In this document: piece after piece, positions 17,200-30,849 of the stretch
Layout of the letters: each line of letters starts with the position of its first letter
Numbering within the stretch: the first letter of the stretch is position 1
Source of the DNA: Octopus vulgaris
Lineage: Eukaryota
Assembly (NCBI GenBank): GCA_951406725.2
Contig: OX597816.1
Location: forward strand, 44,206,001 to 44,270,000
Reading direction: 5' to 3'
Length of the DNA stretch: 64,000 nucleotides
The notes under the pieces: model-generated
The model's input: the letters and a program-made list of their open reading frames with translations, nothing else
Database searches by the model: none
Told to the model about the DNA's origin: nothing
Made by a program: the position numbers and the translations under genes

Positions 17200-18780
17200 A
17201 CCCTCAATTGCGATTCGCTCTCCCACGCTGCGCCAAGAATCTCGTTTCCACTTAGGGTTGGTAGCTCCTCATAGTTGTGTGTCTCTATCGAATAATTGAA
17301 TGCAGTTGAGTTGTCCTCGTTCTCTGTTGGCCTGCGATCGTCTACAGAATACAGTATCATATCTGACTTTATAGCTTTAGCTGTACCAGGAAGTTTCTCC
17401 AGAGCATTTGATAATGTCGACAGACGCGCTGTATTGTTCATCCTTTTATGCTTTTGGACATGAAATTTTCATTGTTCTGCACCGATTATTTTGTAGTCTC
17501 ATCACATAATATGCCAGCTGTTCTCCCTAGCCGCTACAGAGTAGAAAGAAAAGCTGAGGCATAACAGCCGACTGTTCAAAGCAAGATTTTCCAGGCGACT
17601 TGTGATTTTAATGGGAGGTTAGTGCCTTTGATTCTGACTTAACATTATATGTGGCATGGCTGTAATATTCTTGAAAGCTTTGCAATTTTAATTGTCAAGA
17701 GTTTTTAATGTGTTGGTTAGTTCATGTATGTGTTTTGCAAGTGTCGTGTGGTATTTGTTTCAAATATTTCCTGCAATTGTTCATGGTATTTCGGTAGACT
17801 TCATTGTGTAACTGGAATCTTGTACAATTTATTTACATATAAGAATAGATTGGAATTTGTCCTGTACCTAATTTTCCGTTTTGAATCCATAGGTATTCCT
17901 GGAATCCCGTTTTCGTAAAAGAAATTTCTATCATATGCGCTTAATTACTATTTCTAATAAGTTAAAAAGTTCTTTTGATATTATTAAGTCTGGAGGCATT
18001 TTCATTAGGCACTAGAGTAATCATACTTCTCTGTCTCCAGATTCTGTGCTCAGTTCGCAACTGGGACACAAAAAAGTCAATGAGGGACCAAGTTCGGTTC
18101 GGGCTACGTTGTAGAAATAATCTATGAAGAGGTCTCGTGCAGAGTGATGAGTCTCGTCCAAAACAGATTAAGATAAAGAACACCCAAATGTTTGAACTGA
18201 GTTATGTTTCTACGGATGTTTACCGTTGAGTGACTGTTGAGCGTTGTTCTAGGAAAGAGAATGACATAGCTTTTAATGTCGAAGGGATAGATTTCAGGTC
18301 TATCTTCAATCAATGCCCATAGTCGACGGTGCAGAGGAAAGCACCAAGACTCCGATATCAGGCCAAATTATTATGCTCGCCATATGTGAGAAAAATTTTG
18401 CTACAATTTGGTCGGGTTACAATCATCAGTCAAGCACCGACAGATATACAACACCTTGTGGCTTCCTGGCATCATTTAAATTCCAGATGTAGTTGTTCCT
18501 TTAGTTACTTCATTCTGATTATTTTCCATGAGTGTTTCCTTGTTTTCAGGGTTGTTTTTTGAAGTATGGCTTTAGTTCTAGATGTTTACGCTATATTTGT
18601 TTTGTTAGTTATGATGTCAATAATAATTCTTTTTGACAGGTTTTTCGATGTCTTCACAAATTTTCTGGCTTCCAATGATGGACGAATGCCACCGGTTTTC
18701 GTTTTCATCTCCACCACGATTACCACCATTCTCTCTTGTAAGTATATACATTGTCTGCCGAAGATTCAGAATGGGAGAAA
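17200..18780 (-). mobile_element. Highly degraded APE-type LINE remnant
   Basis: Residual endonuclease/linker-like peptides (KNNPENKETLME.., EELPTLSGNEILGA); many stops. Confidence 0.3.
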
Positions 18781-19228
18781 TTGGAGAGGAAAAATTGGCA
18801 ACGAGGTACGCATGTGTTTGTATAAATATCGTCCATATTTTACTTGTTGTGCTTGTTCCATGTTATTTTTTGTGTGGCGAAATATTCGTCGATGGTGGAG
18901 AGACTGTAGCTGATAGCAAGCAATGCTGCTTGCAATACATAGATGTATTATCTGATTATTATTATATTACATAGATTTATTATATGATTATTTAAAACTC
19001 AAGAGTTGGGCCGCCTAGTCCTTGCCATGCCATGACGTAACATGCCAGTTCTATCTAAATGATGCCAGGATGCCACAATGGTTTGTACGGGTTGACAGTA
19101 GCTACCCATCTCACCGTTTTCATCTAGACGAGGCTCGACTTCGCTGGCATCAGTAGAGCATAATCCCGGGGATCCGCTTTCTCATACATACCAAGAAGCT
19201 GGATTAATTGCCTATATGTTTGTGGCGT

Positions 19229-19555
19229 GAAGACGCATGGTTAAGAGCGTAAGGTTAACAATCATGAGATAGAGGGTTCGATTCATGTATCGAGCTGTGT
19301 TTTGTGTTCTTGAGCAAGAACACTTTATTTCACGTGGATCAAGTTCACTCAGCAGTAGAAATTAGTTGCGACGTCACTGGTGCCAAGCTATATCGGCCTT
19401 TGCCTGTCTCTTGGATAACATCGGTGACATGGAAAGGAGAGGCTTGTATTCATGGGCGACCGCTGGGCTTCCATAAAAATCCTTGCCGGACTTGTGCCTT
19501 GGAGGGGAACTTTCAAGGGCAATCCTATGGTCATACATAACCAAAGGGAGTCTTT
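19229..19555 (+). mobile_element. SINE-C (tRNA head plus ttgagcaag central domain)
   Basis: catggttaagagc A-box region, gggttcgattc B-box, gttcttgagcaagaacactttatttcacg; homologous copies elsewhere in the window. Confidence 0.75.
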
Positions 19556-19912
19556 CACGTGCCTTCACAAATGTTTGTGGATATCCATTTAATACCGCCT
19601 TTACTGTGACATAGATGCTCCGCCGTGTTGTATTGACTTCTTTTATAATGTAACATTGTTTCCTCATATTGCTTACGCTTGTGATTATTGTTTACCGTGT
19701 TCAAGGTGCGAGTAATAATTATATCGGTTCAGAACGAAAAACTGTTTTCATGCATGCACATAATACGGCATTCAAATGCACAACTATTCTCAACATGCAC
19801 TGTACTCAAGCAACGCTACTCCTGTGCGTTAGGTCACTCGTTGTTTTATGTTCTGATTTCAAATTCCACTGCGATGAACGTCAACTTTCATGCCACTGGC
19901 ATCGGTAAAATA

Positions 19913-19987
<75 letters not shown>

Positions 19988-20370
19988 AGAAAGCTGACCA
20001 GAAGAGAATTAATGCATTCGAGTTTTGGTGTTGGAGAAGACTTTTACGGATTCCATGGACAGCGAGGCTCACCAATGGAGAAGTTCTTAAGCAGATCAAA
20101 CCGAAAATGTCGCAAGAAGCTAGGATCACCAAGCATAGATTGGTCATATTTTGGTCATATTATGCGGAGAAAATCCTTGGAGAAGGACATCATGCTCGGA
20201 ATGGTCAGTGGCAAGAGAGGAAGAGGCCGACCAAGAACCCGCTGGCTTGACACCATCAACAGTGATACCGGAATGGACATAGCCAATCTAAAGAAGCGGC
20301 CCAGGATAGAACTGACTGGATGACACTGAGCCATGGAGTAACCGAGAGTCGACTTCGACTGAGCGGATAG
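19988..20370 (+). mobile_element. RTE/BovB-like LINE 3' fragment
   Basis: EKADQKRINAFEFWCWRRLLRIPWTAR../FGHIMRRKSLEKDIMLGMVSGKRGRGRPRTRWLD../HGVTESRLRLSG*; lies in (TAG)n with a (GATA)n tail. Confidence 0.85.
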
Positions 20371-20391
20371 ATAGATAGATAGATAGATAGA

Positions 20392-20446
<55 letters not shown>

Positions 20447-21036
20447 CAAGGATTGGCGTCCATGGTATCGACTAATCCTCTCCCAGTCAAAATTACTGAG
20501 CTTGTGTCTAAACAAATTAGAAACAATTATTTATACGCATGGCGGTACTTTTATTTGTAGTCGTGAATTTTGCAGCTGCTGCCGCTGTTACTGCCATCGG
20601 TGGTTAGAATAAAAGCAGTGGTATTGTTCTCTGTTAAAGAAGCCAAAATTCTGCTATCATTTGCCCCTCGTACTATGTTAGGTGCTACCATCTGAAACAT
20701 CATACCGTTTGCTGGTTATGATGGAGGTCAAGGTGTAGGCAACTATAACATTCCATCTGCAGTGGTGGACTTTTTAAATGACGGCGGAGAAGTCGCAGCT
20801 TTCTCTGTTCTTTGTTTTCTGTGCGGGATGTTTCGCCTACGTTTTATATTTTTTTTCTTTTTTACCTTCTTTGGAAGATGAGATTTGGCAGAATCGCTTG
20901 CGTGCGGGCAAAATGCTTGGTGGCATTTCGTTCATCTTTACGGTCTGATTTCAAATCCTGCTTGTAATCAACTTGAACTTTTATCCATTCGAGGTCGATG
21001 AAATAAGTACTAGTTCTGCAATGCAGTCTTTGTATA

Positions 21037-21266
21037 GCGACGAGCTGGCAGAAACGTTAGCACGCCGGCCGAAATGCTTAGTCGTATTTTGTCTGCCGTT
21101 ACGTTCCGAGTTCAAATTCCGCCGAGGTCGACTTTGCCTTTCATCCTTTCGGGGTCTATTAAATAAGTACCAGTTACGCACTGGGGTTGATGTAATCTAC
21201 TTAATCCATTTGTCTGTCCTTGTTTGTTCCCTCTGTGTTTAGCCTTTTGTGGGCAATAAAGAAATA
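21037..21266 (+). mobile_element. SINE-A, Tx1-like tail
   Basis: Full head/body/tail ending aataaagaaata; flanked by direct repeat tctttgtat. Confidence 0.9.
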
Positions 21267-21550
21267 AATCTTTGTATTCGACTGTACTTCCCTCAATTCT
21301 CTGACACAATGCCTATAATAGAAATTATGATTATTATTATTAATTGCCAAAATTTGGAAACGATATATTTCCCTTCTTTTCCTACTAAAGGCATAAGGCC
21401 TGAAATTTTCGATTGAGGGGAGACTAGTCAATTACGTCGACCCCAGTGCTTCAGTTGTACTTATTTTATCAAGCCCGAAAGGATGAAAGGCAAAATCAAC
21501 CTCGGTATTTTTAAAATTCAGAACGTATACACGGACGTAATGACACTAAT

Positions 21551-21551
21551 A

Positions 21552-21647
<96 letters not shown>
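21551..21647. repeat. (ATG)n microsatellite
   Basis: Direct observation. Confidence 0.95.
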
Positions 21648-22560
21648 TCCATAACTAACAGAAAACGATGTCAAAGTGAAACTATACAGAGAAATGAGCA
21701 AAGACCAGCGGTCTCTTGTGCGGTGAAAAATGCAATGAAGTGTACTGAAAATAATGACGTAATGGTTGTGGTGACGATGACGATAATGGAGGAAGGAATA
21801 TCACCACAAAATATGAGTACACATGATGTGGTTTATGCTTCTGTGTCGGTGCAAGTTTATGTACGTTTGGTAGATGAACTCACGCGTTCCATTGAAAAAT
21901 GTGTTAATATGTGTATGATTATCAGTTCGAGTGTATAAAAAAACATGTACGTGCCTGTAGTAAGAGTGTGCGCATGCGTTCTTCAGCTCTTTTCCACAAA
22001 CAAACGGAAGCATAATTTGCTGGAAGAGTGACGGCTGTTTTCCAATATGGCTTCAAATATGGATTTGAATGATATCATATCTGTCATTTCTAGACAATCA
22101 GAAAGCTGTACAATATAATGGCTATAATATTTTATCCAACATTTTTTTAATCGTTCTGTTTCAAGGCTTTCATTCGGAACACAAATCAGTCCTATTATAA
22201 ATATTCCAGTAGAAGCAAATGCTGTGACATGCTACCAAATATGCCCAATCATATGTTATACATTAGTATGTATGTGCGTAAGTATGTATGTATGTATGTA
22301 TGTATGTATGTATGTATGTATGTACGTATGTATAGATGAGTGTGTATGTGTAAATGTATGTATGTATGCGTGTGTGTTTCTATGTATGTCTGTATTTATG
22401 TGTGTATGTATGTACATAACACACAACAGACGCACATATACATCTGTATATGTTTATGTATATAAATACGTACACGTATATGTATCAATATGTATACATA
22501 TGTGTGTATGTGTGTCTATCTGCATACGAATTAAAAGATACGCATACGTATGCATATATA

Positions 22561-22653
<93 letters not shown>

Positions 22654-22658
<5 letters not shown>

Positions 22659-22868
22659 ATCCAAACATGAAAACACAACGAGAAAACACAACAACGCGAA
22701 CACGTGGAACAAATATAGTATTATTGGATGCTCAGGAAGGAAGGGAAGAAGGGAAGGAGGGTTTAACGTTTCGAGCGGAGCTCTTCGTCAGAAACATAGG
22801 AAAAGGAAAGATCCAAAGAAGGGAGATCCAAAGACGGAGGAAAAAATCCCCAACGGTACACACGCGGT

Positions 22869-22870
<2 letters not shown>
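22654..22870 (-). mobile_element. Penelope pLTR-like repeat containing a hammerhead
   Basis: Lies between (TA)n and (CA)n; homologous to 5294-5492; contains a hammerhead core. Confidence 0.7.
22761..22795 (-). ncRNA. Minimal type I hammerhead ribozyme
   Basis: GUUU-CUGACGA-A-GAGC(UCC)GCUC-GAAAC-GUU-AAAC: stem I GUUU/AAAC, 4-bp stem II, palindromic AACGUU stem III. Confidence 0.7.
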
Positions 22871-22931
<61 letters not shown>

Positions 22932-23225
22932 GTGCATACGTACATAAAAATATATAGACATTATAAGGAGTATAATGATTATTCATATGTGGACTTTTTA
23001 TATGAAGGCTCTTCTATTAATAATTGAGACGTACTCATTATTTAGCAATTTTGTTCTAAACTGAGTATTCTTATTTTGCAATACATGCATACATACATAC
23101 ACACATACATGTAGTTATTTAATTGACCGTTCTAGTCACGTTGAAAATAGTGTAGAGTGTATCATTTATTTACATATATGCAGAATGGTTTCTTAGAAAC
23201 AGCGACATTGTATATATACTATCTT

Positions 23226-23430
23226 ACTCTTTTACTTGTTTCAGTCACTTGACTGCGGCCATGCTGGAGCACCGCCTTTTAATCGAGCAACTCAACCCCG
23301 GGACTTATTTTTTTGTAAGCCCAGTACTTATTCTATCGGTCAACTTTTGCCGAACCGCTAAGAAACGGGGACATAAACACACCAACATCGGTTGTCAAGC
23401 AATGCTAGAGGACAAACACAGACACACACA

Positions 23431-23482
<52 letters not shown>

Positions 23483-23653
23483 CATATATACGACGGGCTT
23501 CTTTCAGTTTCCGTCTACCAAATCCACTCACAAGGCTTTGGTCAGCCTGAGGCTATAGTAGAAGACACTTGCCCAAGGTGCCACGCAGTGGGACTGAACC
23601 TGGAACCATGTGGTTGGTAGACAAGCTACTTACCACACAGCCACTCCTGCGCC
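23226..23653 (-). mobile_element. SINE-B, full length
   Basis: Reverse complement of the SINE-B pattern including the ggcgcaggagtggctgtgtgg head. Confidence 0.9.
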
Positions 23654-23669
23654 TATGTATATATACTAT

Positions 23670-23859
23670 TTTACTCTTTTGCTTGTTTCAGTCATTTGAC
23701 TACGGCCATGGTGGAGTACCGCCTTTAGAATTTATTCTTTATAAGCTTAGTACTTATTCTATCGGTCTCATTTGCCGAACTGCAAAGTTACGGGGACGTA
23801 AACACACCAGCATCGGTTGTCAAGTGATGTTGGGGGGACAAACATAGACAGACAAGATC

Positions 23860-23940
<81 letters not shown>

Positions 23941-24020
23941 ACGGGTTTCTTTCAGTTACCATCTACCAAAGGCTTAGGTCGGCCCGAGGCTATAGTAGAA
24001 GACACTTGCCCAAGGTGCCA
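23670..24020 (-). mobile_element. SINE-B, 5'-truncated
   Basis: Adjacent diverged copy. Confidence 0.8.
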
Positions 24021-24439
24021 AAATGTATATATATATATATATATATATATCAGTTTCAAATCTATATATTGAGTTGTGTATAGATTTAGTCTATCTGCCA
24101 ATAAATATCACGTTTAGAAAAAAAAATTTAAGTTGCCACTAACTTTACGGAAGTAATGTGTTAAAGGACGACGCCAGTGAAACAAGTTCACAAGAATTTT
24201 ACGACGGCGGCTCCATCGATGGTTGTACTGAAGGACCCTTATCAGTTGATCTCCTCTGTAACTATAAGTGTCAAGAAAGGGTCTGGATAGATGAATTAAA
24301 GTAAAGAAAATGGCCAAGCAAATGGGCTCATGGATTCTACGTGTACCTTCTTAAAATAGTTTTGAAATACCCTTCCAAAATTGTAGGGTAAATTTCTAAG
24401 AGTCCATGTCTGCTATAAAATTATTATTTTGTATATGAA

Positions 24440-25400
24440 TACATTGAATTGCATTCATTGTAATAATTTTCTCAAGGGTGCATAACTGTCATAGACTGGC
24501 GCTGAGTAAGCATAGTCTTTTGTCTTGTACTTTTACTCTTATTTGAGTGTCAATGTTCATGTCCTTTTAACTACCAGATTTAATTAGACAATGTTGTGTT
24601 GCAAGCATAGTTCTTCCTGAAGAAAATAGCGTGGTTGTAATATTGCTCTTTGAAGCTCTGCCACTTTTATGCTTGCCACTGGCTATATCGACAGAAATAA
24701 ATTCGGTTTTGTATATTATTGTTTCGGCCTTGAAAGACTGGTCTTGCGGAACTACTTGCACTTACCTACACTTGTTTGAGAGAGAATGCAACATCAACTA
24801 ACAAATTTGTGTTGACATTTTTCATATACTGTGATAGGAAGGAAAGTGTTAATTTATCATTGTCAGGAAGCTTTTAACTAAGTTAGCCTTTGAGCTTAAA
24901 ATTTAAATATAAGTGCTCCATATAAAACAGTGTGCTTGAACTTAGTTCAGGAAAGTAGAATTCGTAGTGTTCTGAAATTTTTATAGTGGAAGTACTACTT
25001 ACTAAGGCACTATTGTAATATGAGACAGCTTTATTGAACGTATCTGTGATAGAAGAATGTTTAGAAACTTTTCTGCTAATATTTCGACAAGATTTTTGAA
25101 AACCATGGTGTTTGATAATATTTAGTGTTTGTATAAATCAATATTTCATTTGGTTGGCCTTGAGGTGTTAGTGTCCATGTTAAGAGTGACATCTAAGGAT
25201 CTAACAGTTTTAGGTTAATGGTTAGCTTTAGGCCTAAGCTATTGAAGATGCTTATGGAGTCATTTAATCTATCGAACGCTTGTCCATTAGACTGTAATAA
25301 AATGGTCAATCCATTATGTTAATGTCATCCATGTTGAGAATGGAAAATCTATTCGTTAATATGATGATTGCAAATAAGCCAGCGAAATCACTAGCATATT
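24440..25400 (-). mobile_element. Penelope-like element remnant (RT C-terminus plus GIY-YIG)
   Basis: SNGQAFDRL..IFNSLGLKLTI..KTVRSLDVTLNMDT, TFNKAVSYYNSAL and FKEQYYNHAIFFRKNYACNTTLSN*IW* occur in PLE order; many stops. Confidence 0.7.
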
Positions 25401-25665
25401 GTTACATATTATATCTTAACAAGCAAATATATATTTTTTTTATTCCTAACATTTCTGTAAATTCACTCACACTTACAAATATACCACTAACTAAATATTA
25501 TTACTCCCACACTCAAGGAAAGAAGAAAAATAGTCAAACTATGGAACAACTTTTCAGATTATACCTAAACCAGTGAACAGGATCTACATGAAAAGATTAA
25601 TCAGTACAATGAAGAAAAAGGTAAATATGTTGGAAGTCATATTTTTACAAGACCATATTAAAAGT

Positions 25666-25971
25666 GGAGGGGCAATGGCCAAGTGGTTAGGGCAGCGGAG
25701 TCGTGGTTGTAGGTTCGCGGTTTCGATTCCCAGTCCGGGCGTTTTGAGTGTTTATTGAGGGAAAGCACCTAAAGCTCCACGAGGCTCCGACTGTGGGTAT
25801 GGCGATCCCTGCTGTACTCTTTCACCACAACTTTCTCTCACTCTGTCTTCTGTTGGCCTGCTCGCTTAGCCAGCAGGGTGGCGTCGTTTGAAGGCTAAAA
25901 CAATGTGAAGCGCATTGTGACCAGCGATGTGTAGCAACATCTGATACTGCTCGGTCACGGTGATCACGGTG
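25666..25971 (+). mobile_element. SINE-D with target-site duplication
   Basis: A-box tggccaagtggtt, B-box gtttcgattccc; flanked by atattaaaagt on both sides. Confidence 0.85.
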
Positions 25972-26018
25972 ATATTAAAAGTGATTTTCGGAATGCTAAG
26001 CTGGAACCACCCACTGAG

Positions 26019-26115
<97 letters not shown>

Positions 26116-27145
26116 ACTGAAGAAACGTTAGCACGCCGGCTGAAATGCTTATCGGTGTTTCGTCTGTTGATATATTTTCAGACGAGACAACTTGTTCAAA
26201 CTTAGCAAAGATATTTTCGATTAACTCTTAATTAACGCTGTCATGCGCAAATAAATTAAAGCTAAAAAAATATTTTAATAAGACTAATGATGAAACGAAA
26301 ATAATAGCCACATAACTTAAAATAGATAAGAAAGCGCATTGTTTAGTCAAACATGAAGCGTTTATAATACTTATAAATTACAAGAAGAGTTACAGCGCAA
26401 ACAGCAAGAGTAGACTTATAAATCATGTTATAAGTTATCGTAGAACAGTTGGCATCCATGTTGTTAATCACATTAACTATAAAATACGAAACGCTACAGG
26501 ATTGCAACGATGAAATATATAGATACTTATATATAGCTGTTTTCAGATAATAAAATGACATATTGCATTTAGTATTGAGAAAAATGGAAAAATAATGTCA
26601 AGAATGCTGTATCAATTAGAAAGATAAAAAGCATAAGCTCATATATTATATCGTATTATAAATGTATTGTAACATATTATTTGAAATTAAAGATAGTGTG
26701 TATAATTAGTCATAGATATTCTCAGTATTTTGGTCAGTATAGATAAAAATACATTGAATATTATTATCCCTGAACCGTAAGAGTGAGTATGTTAAATAAT
26801 TAATGGGTGCCTGGTAAGTAGCTTGCTTACAAACCACATGGTTCCGGGTTCAGTCCCACTGCGTGGCACCTTGTCAAGGCTCTTCTACTATAGCCTCGGG
26901 CCGACCAAAGCCTTGCGTGTGGATTTGGTAGACGGAAACTGAAAGTAGCCCGTCGTATATATGTATATGTATATCTAAAAGCCTAACGCTTCTATTGGTT
27001 TGTTACAGAGACCTAAACAACCGACGTCGGTTGTCAAGCAGTGAGAGTGGGGACAAGCCCAAACCCAAGCACGCACTAACTATACAAACACACATACATA
27101 CATTCATACATGCATATATAGACATAGATACACATAAATGTGTGC

Positions 27146-27509
<364 letters not shown>

Positions 27510-27549
27510 TAAGGGCAATAAAGAATAAATAATATATATAATATATATA

Positions 27550-27600
<51 letters not shown>

Positions 27601-27655
27601 TTAAATTAGAGACAAAACCACTATTATGCAAATATATATATATATATATATATAT

Positions 27656-27729
<74 letters not shown>

Positions 27730-28466
27730 GAGAAACCTCCTCACAGTTTGTATTTACCAGATTCACTCTCAAGATGTAGGTCAGCTTGGTGCTACAGTAG
27801 AATAAATTTGCCTAAGTTGTGGGAATTTCAGTCAGATGCTTGCAAACCAGAAAGAACAGAAAGTCATATGTAATAAATGAAGGAAATTGAAATGTGAATA
27901 GGCAAATATTGACATAGAATGACATTCACACCTGTACTTACACCACAATTTTCTGACCATAAGTCCAGGCATTCGAACCACTACGTCACAAAACACGCAC
28001 GTTACCCTTAACATCGCATAACATAACAACACAAACAACAAACAGAATGCCACAAACACGTGAGAGTTGAATTAAGAATGGCTCGCACGTATATTTGGCA
28101 CTGATTAATATAAAGTCGGTACAATAATAAGAAGACATATCTGAGATGTTATTAACATCTTTGAAAAATCTTTATCGATAAGAGACAGAAATCAACAACA
28201 GGTTTAAAAATAGCACGTAATCGACAGACAATTCCGGTCGCGCTAAGACTGGCAGACGCAAAACTTAATTTACAATGATCTAACATAAGGACGTGAAAAC
28301 TATTTAAGACAGAAAAAGCAAAGTAAAATATTATAGGAAGCAAACAAGAATTCATAAATATCAAAACACTTCATTATCTGAAGATCAAAGTTGGATCATT
28401 AGAGATTGTTAGAAATAAATGAGACCTTTGTGGAAATAACAGAATTACTAAATATAGTATTAGGTT

Positions 28467-28553
<87 letters not shown>

Positions 28554-28756
28554 TTATATATATATGTGTGTGTTTGTGTGTATGTATATGTATATATGTA
28601 TATATATATATTATATTTGTGTATATGTTTTTCTATGTATGTATACATTATATACATTTATATGAGTATGGATTCATAATTGTGCGGTTGTGTGTGTTTT
28701 GTGTGTATGTATGACTGTGTGCATTTCTGTGTGTGTATGTGTGTGTATGTGTGTGT

Positions 28757-28815
<59 letters not shown>

Positions 28816-29304
28816 TGTGTGTTTGTGCTTGTTTGTGTATGTCTGTGTGTGGCTTAAAATTACATTATTATTATAATCCAAGTTTGAAAATAACTCGGCA
28901 ATCTTTGCTGATTGGGAACTTGATATTGAGAAAAGAGAAATTGATAATAAATTTCTTTTGACAGTCGTATAAGTTATGCCTGATGCTCTCTTTAAACAGA
29001 AACCAGTGCAAAAGTCGTCGCGAGAAGCAGAAGGCCCCACTCAACATTCATTTCAAAACGCATCTCTGTGGTGAGAAGTCTGCTTTCTGATCAAATAGTT
29101 CCAAATTCAATCCCATTGAGTGTTGCCTTGGGGAAGTGTCTATAGACCGAAGACTTGTAATTAGATTTGGTAGAGGGAAACTGAAACAAATCTATCGTAG
29201 TATGTGGTATTTGTAGTTCAAATTTACAGAAAACAGAAGACGAATACTGGTCAAGGAACGACAAGCGACTATATTAGTTTGACGCTCAGAAACAATAGAA
29301 AAGT

Positions 29305-29340
29305 CTTTGACGTTTCGAGCCTACGCCCTTCGACAGAAAG
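29305..29340 (-). ncRNA. Hammerhead-like motif with variant core in a PLE pLTR-like repeat (~29215-29390)
   Basis: CUUU-CUGUCGA-A-GGGC(GUAG)GCUC-GAAAC-GUC-AAAG; position 6 is U instead of A. Confidence 0.5.
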
Positions 29341-30215
29341 GGATGAGAGTGAAAAAATGGAGAGAACGAAAAAGGGGAAGAAAGAAAAATATGTGTGCGT
29401 GTATGTGTGTTTATGCTTACATATGTATATGTGTGCGTGTGTTTGTGTGTTTGTATGTATGTGTGTGTGTGTGTGAGTGTGCGTGTATGTGCGTGTGTGT
29501 CTTTCGGCCCGTCCTAGTCTGTCCTTCACTGCTTTACAACTGTTGTTGGCTCTTTACGCCCCCGTTATCAAGCGAGTCGGCAAAAGAAGCCAACGACGTA
29601 AGTACCAATTATAAAAAGAACCAAGTACGAAATTCGATTCCCTGGACTAAGATTCTTCAAGGCGATGCCCCAGCATGGCCGCAATCTAACGACTGAAATA
29701 ACTAAAGGTTAATATAAAGTTATATATATATGGAGGTGAGCACATGTAGGTATACACTTGCTTAATATGAGTGGAATGTTCAGCACTGGAAAATTCAACA
29801 TCCTTTGCTTTTGTCGCAGAAGTCGATAAGTAAATCGTAGCCTTTAAAATGTTGCTGTCTGAAAAACTGTCGATAGGTTTCCTTTGGCGTACTGAAAAAA
29901 ATGTCATCTTTTCCGGCGTAAGTAAACGTCGCGTAGAATGCTATAAGGCAACGGATCCCGCTTGATACCAATCTGGAAAAATGAGGAATCATTTGATAAA
30001 GAGAAGCGCTCATTGGTTTACGAACAACCGCTCTTTATTGACTTTCTATCGTCTGCCAGCACACACTCCAGATATCTTTAAACACTTGGCTCATCTTGTT
30101 TGCACTGTTCGTCTGTCAAAAGTTGTGTAATTGATCAAAACACATGCACCCTCTCCTCCCCACTCTCTCACACACAAATATATTTTGACACACACAATTA
30201 CAGCTCCCCACCCAC

Positions 30216-30255
<40 letters not shown>

Positions 30256-30667
30256 TCCTACGAATTTTTCCACCGTCTAGGCCCTTATTGTTGGTTTCCT
30301 TGTCCTGGTTTTATTCTTTATTTGTACTGTTTTTTTCTTCATTCGTATTGCTTTTACGTCCTGTTCTTGTCACTTTTTTTACCCCTCTGCAAAATAATTT
30401 TATTTAATTAATTTTGCAGGAAGGACTGCTTCGACCGGATCGTGTTCTGCTCTTAGCTTCGAAACACGCATTGTTTCGAAACAGGGGCAGCTGATGAAGG
30501 GGAATATTCCTTGCATTGTTTGTCTTGTACTCTGTTTTGTCGTTGTTAAAAAAAGACCGTTTCCTTGTTTGATTTTATGTTTTCGTTTCTCGTTGTGTTC
30601 TACGTTTATTTGTGGTGTCCTGTACTCATATATGCATGTATATATACATATAGATGTAGGTATGTAC

Positions 30668-30698
<31 letters not shown>

Positions 30699-30767
30699 CA
30701 TATGTTTTATTTATTAAATTGTTATTATATGATTGAACGCCACGCGTCGTTTCTTCTTTTCCAAGTA

Positions 30768-30827
<60 letters not shown>

Positions 30828-30849
30828 ATAACAGTATGTTTCAGTTCCA

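Noticed and set aside
21483-21938. 151-aa poly-Met ORF
   Set aside because: Made of antisense SINE-A plus (ATG)n and flanking DNA.
30455-30515. gaaac...ctgatga with palindromes, a possible hammerhead in a pLTR-like repeat
   Set aside because: No GAAA follows the stem after CTGATGA, so I could not build a valid fold.
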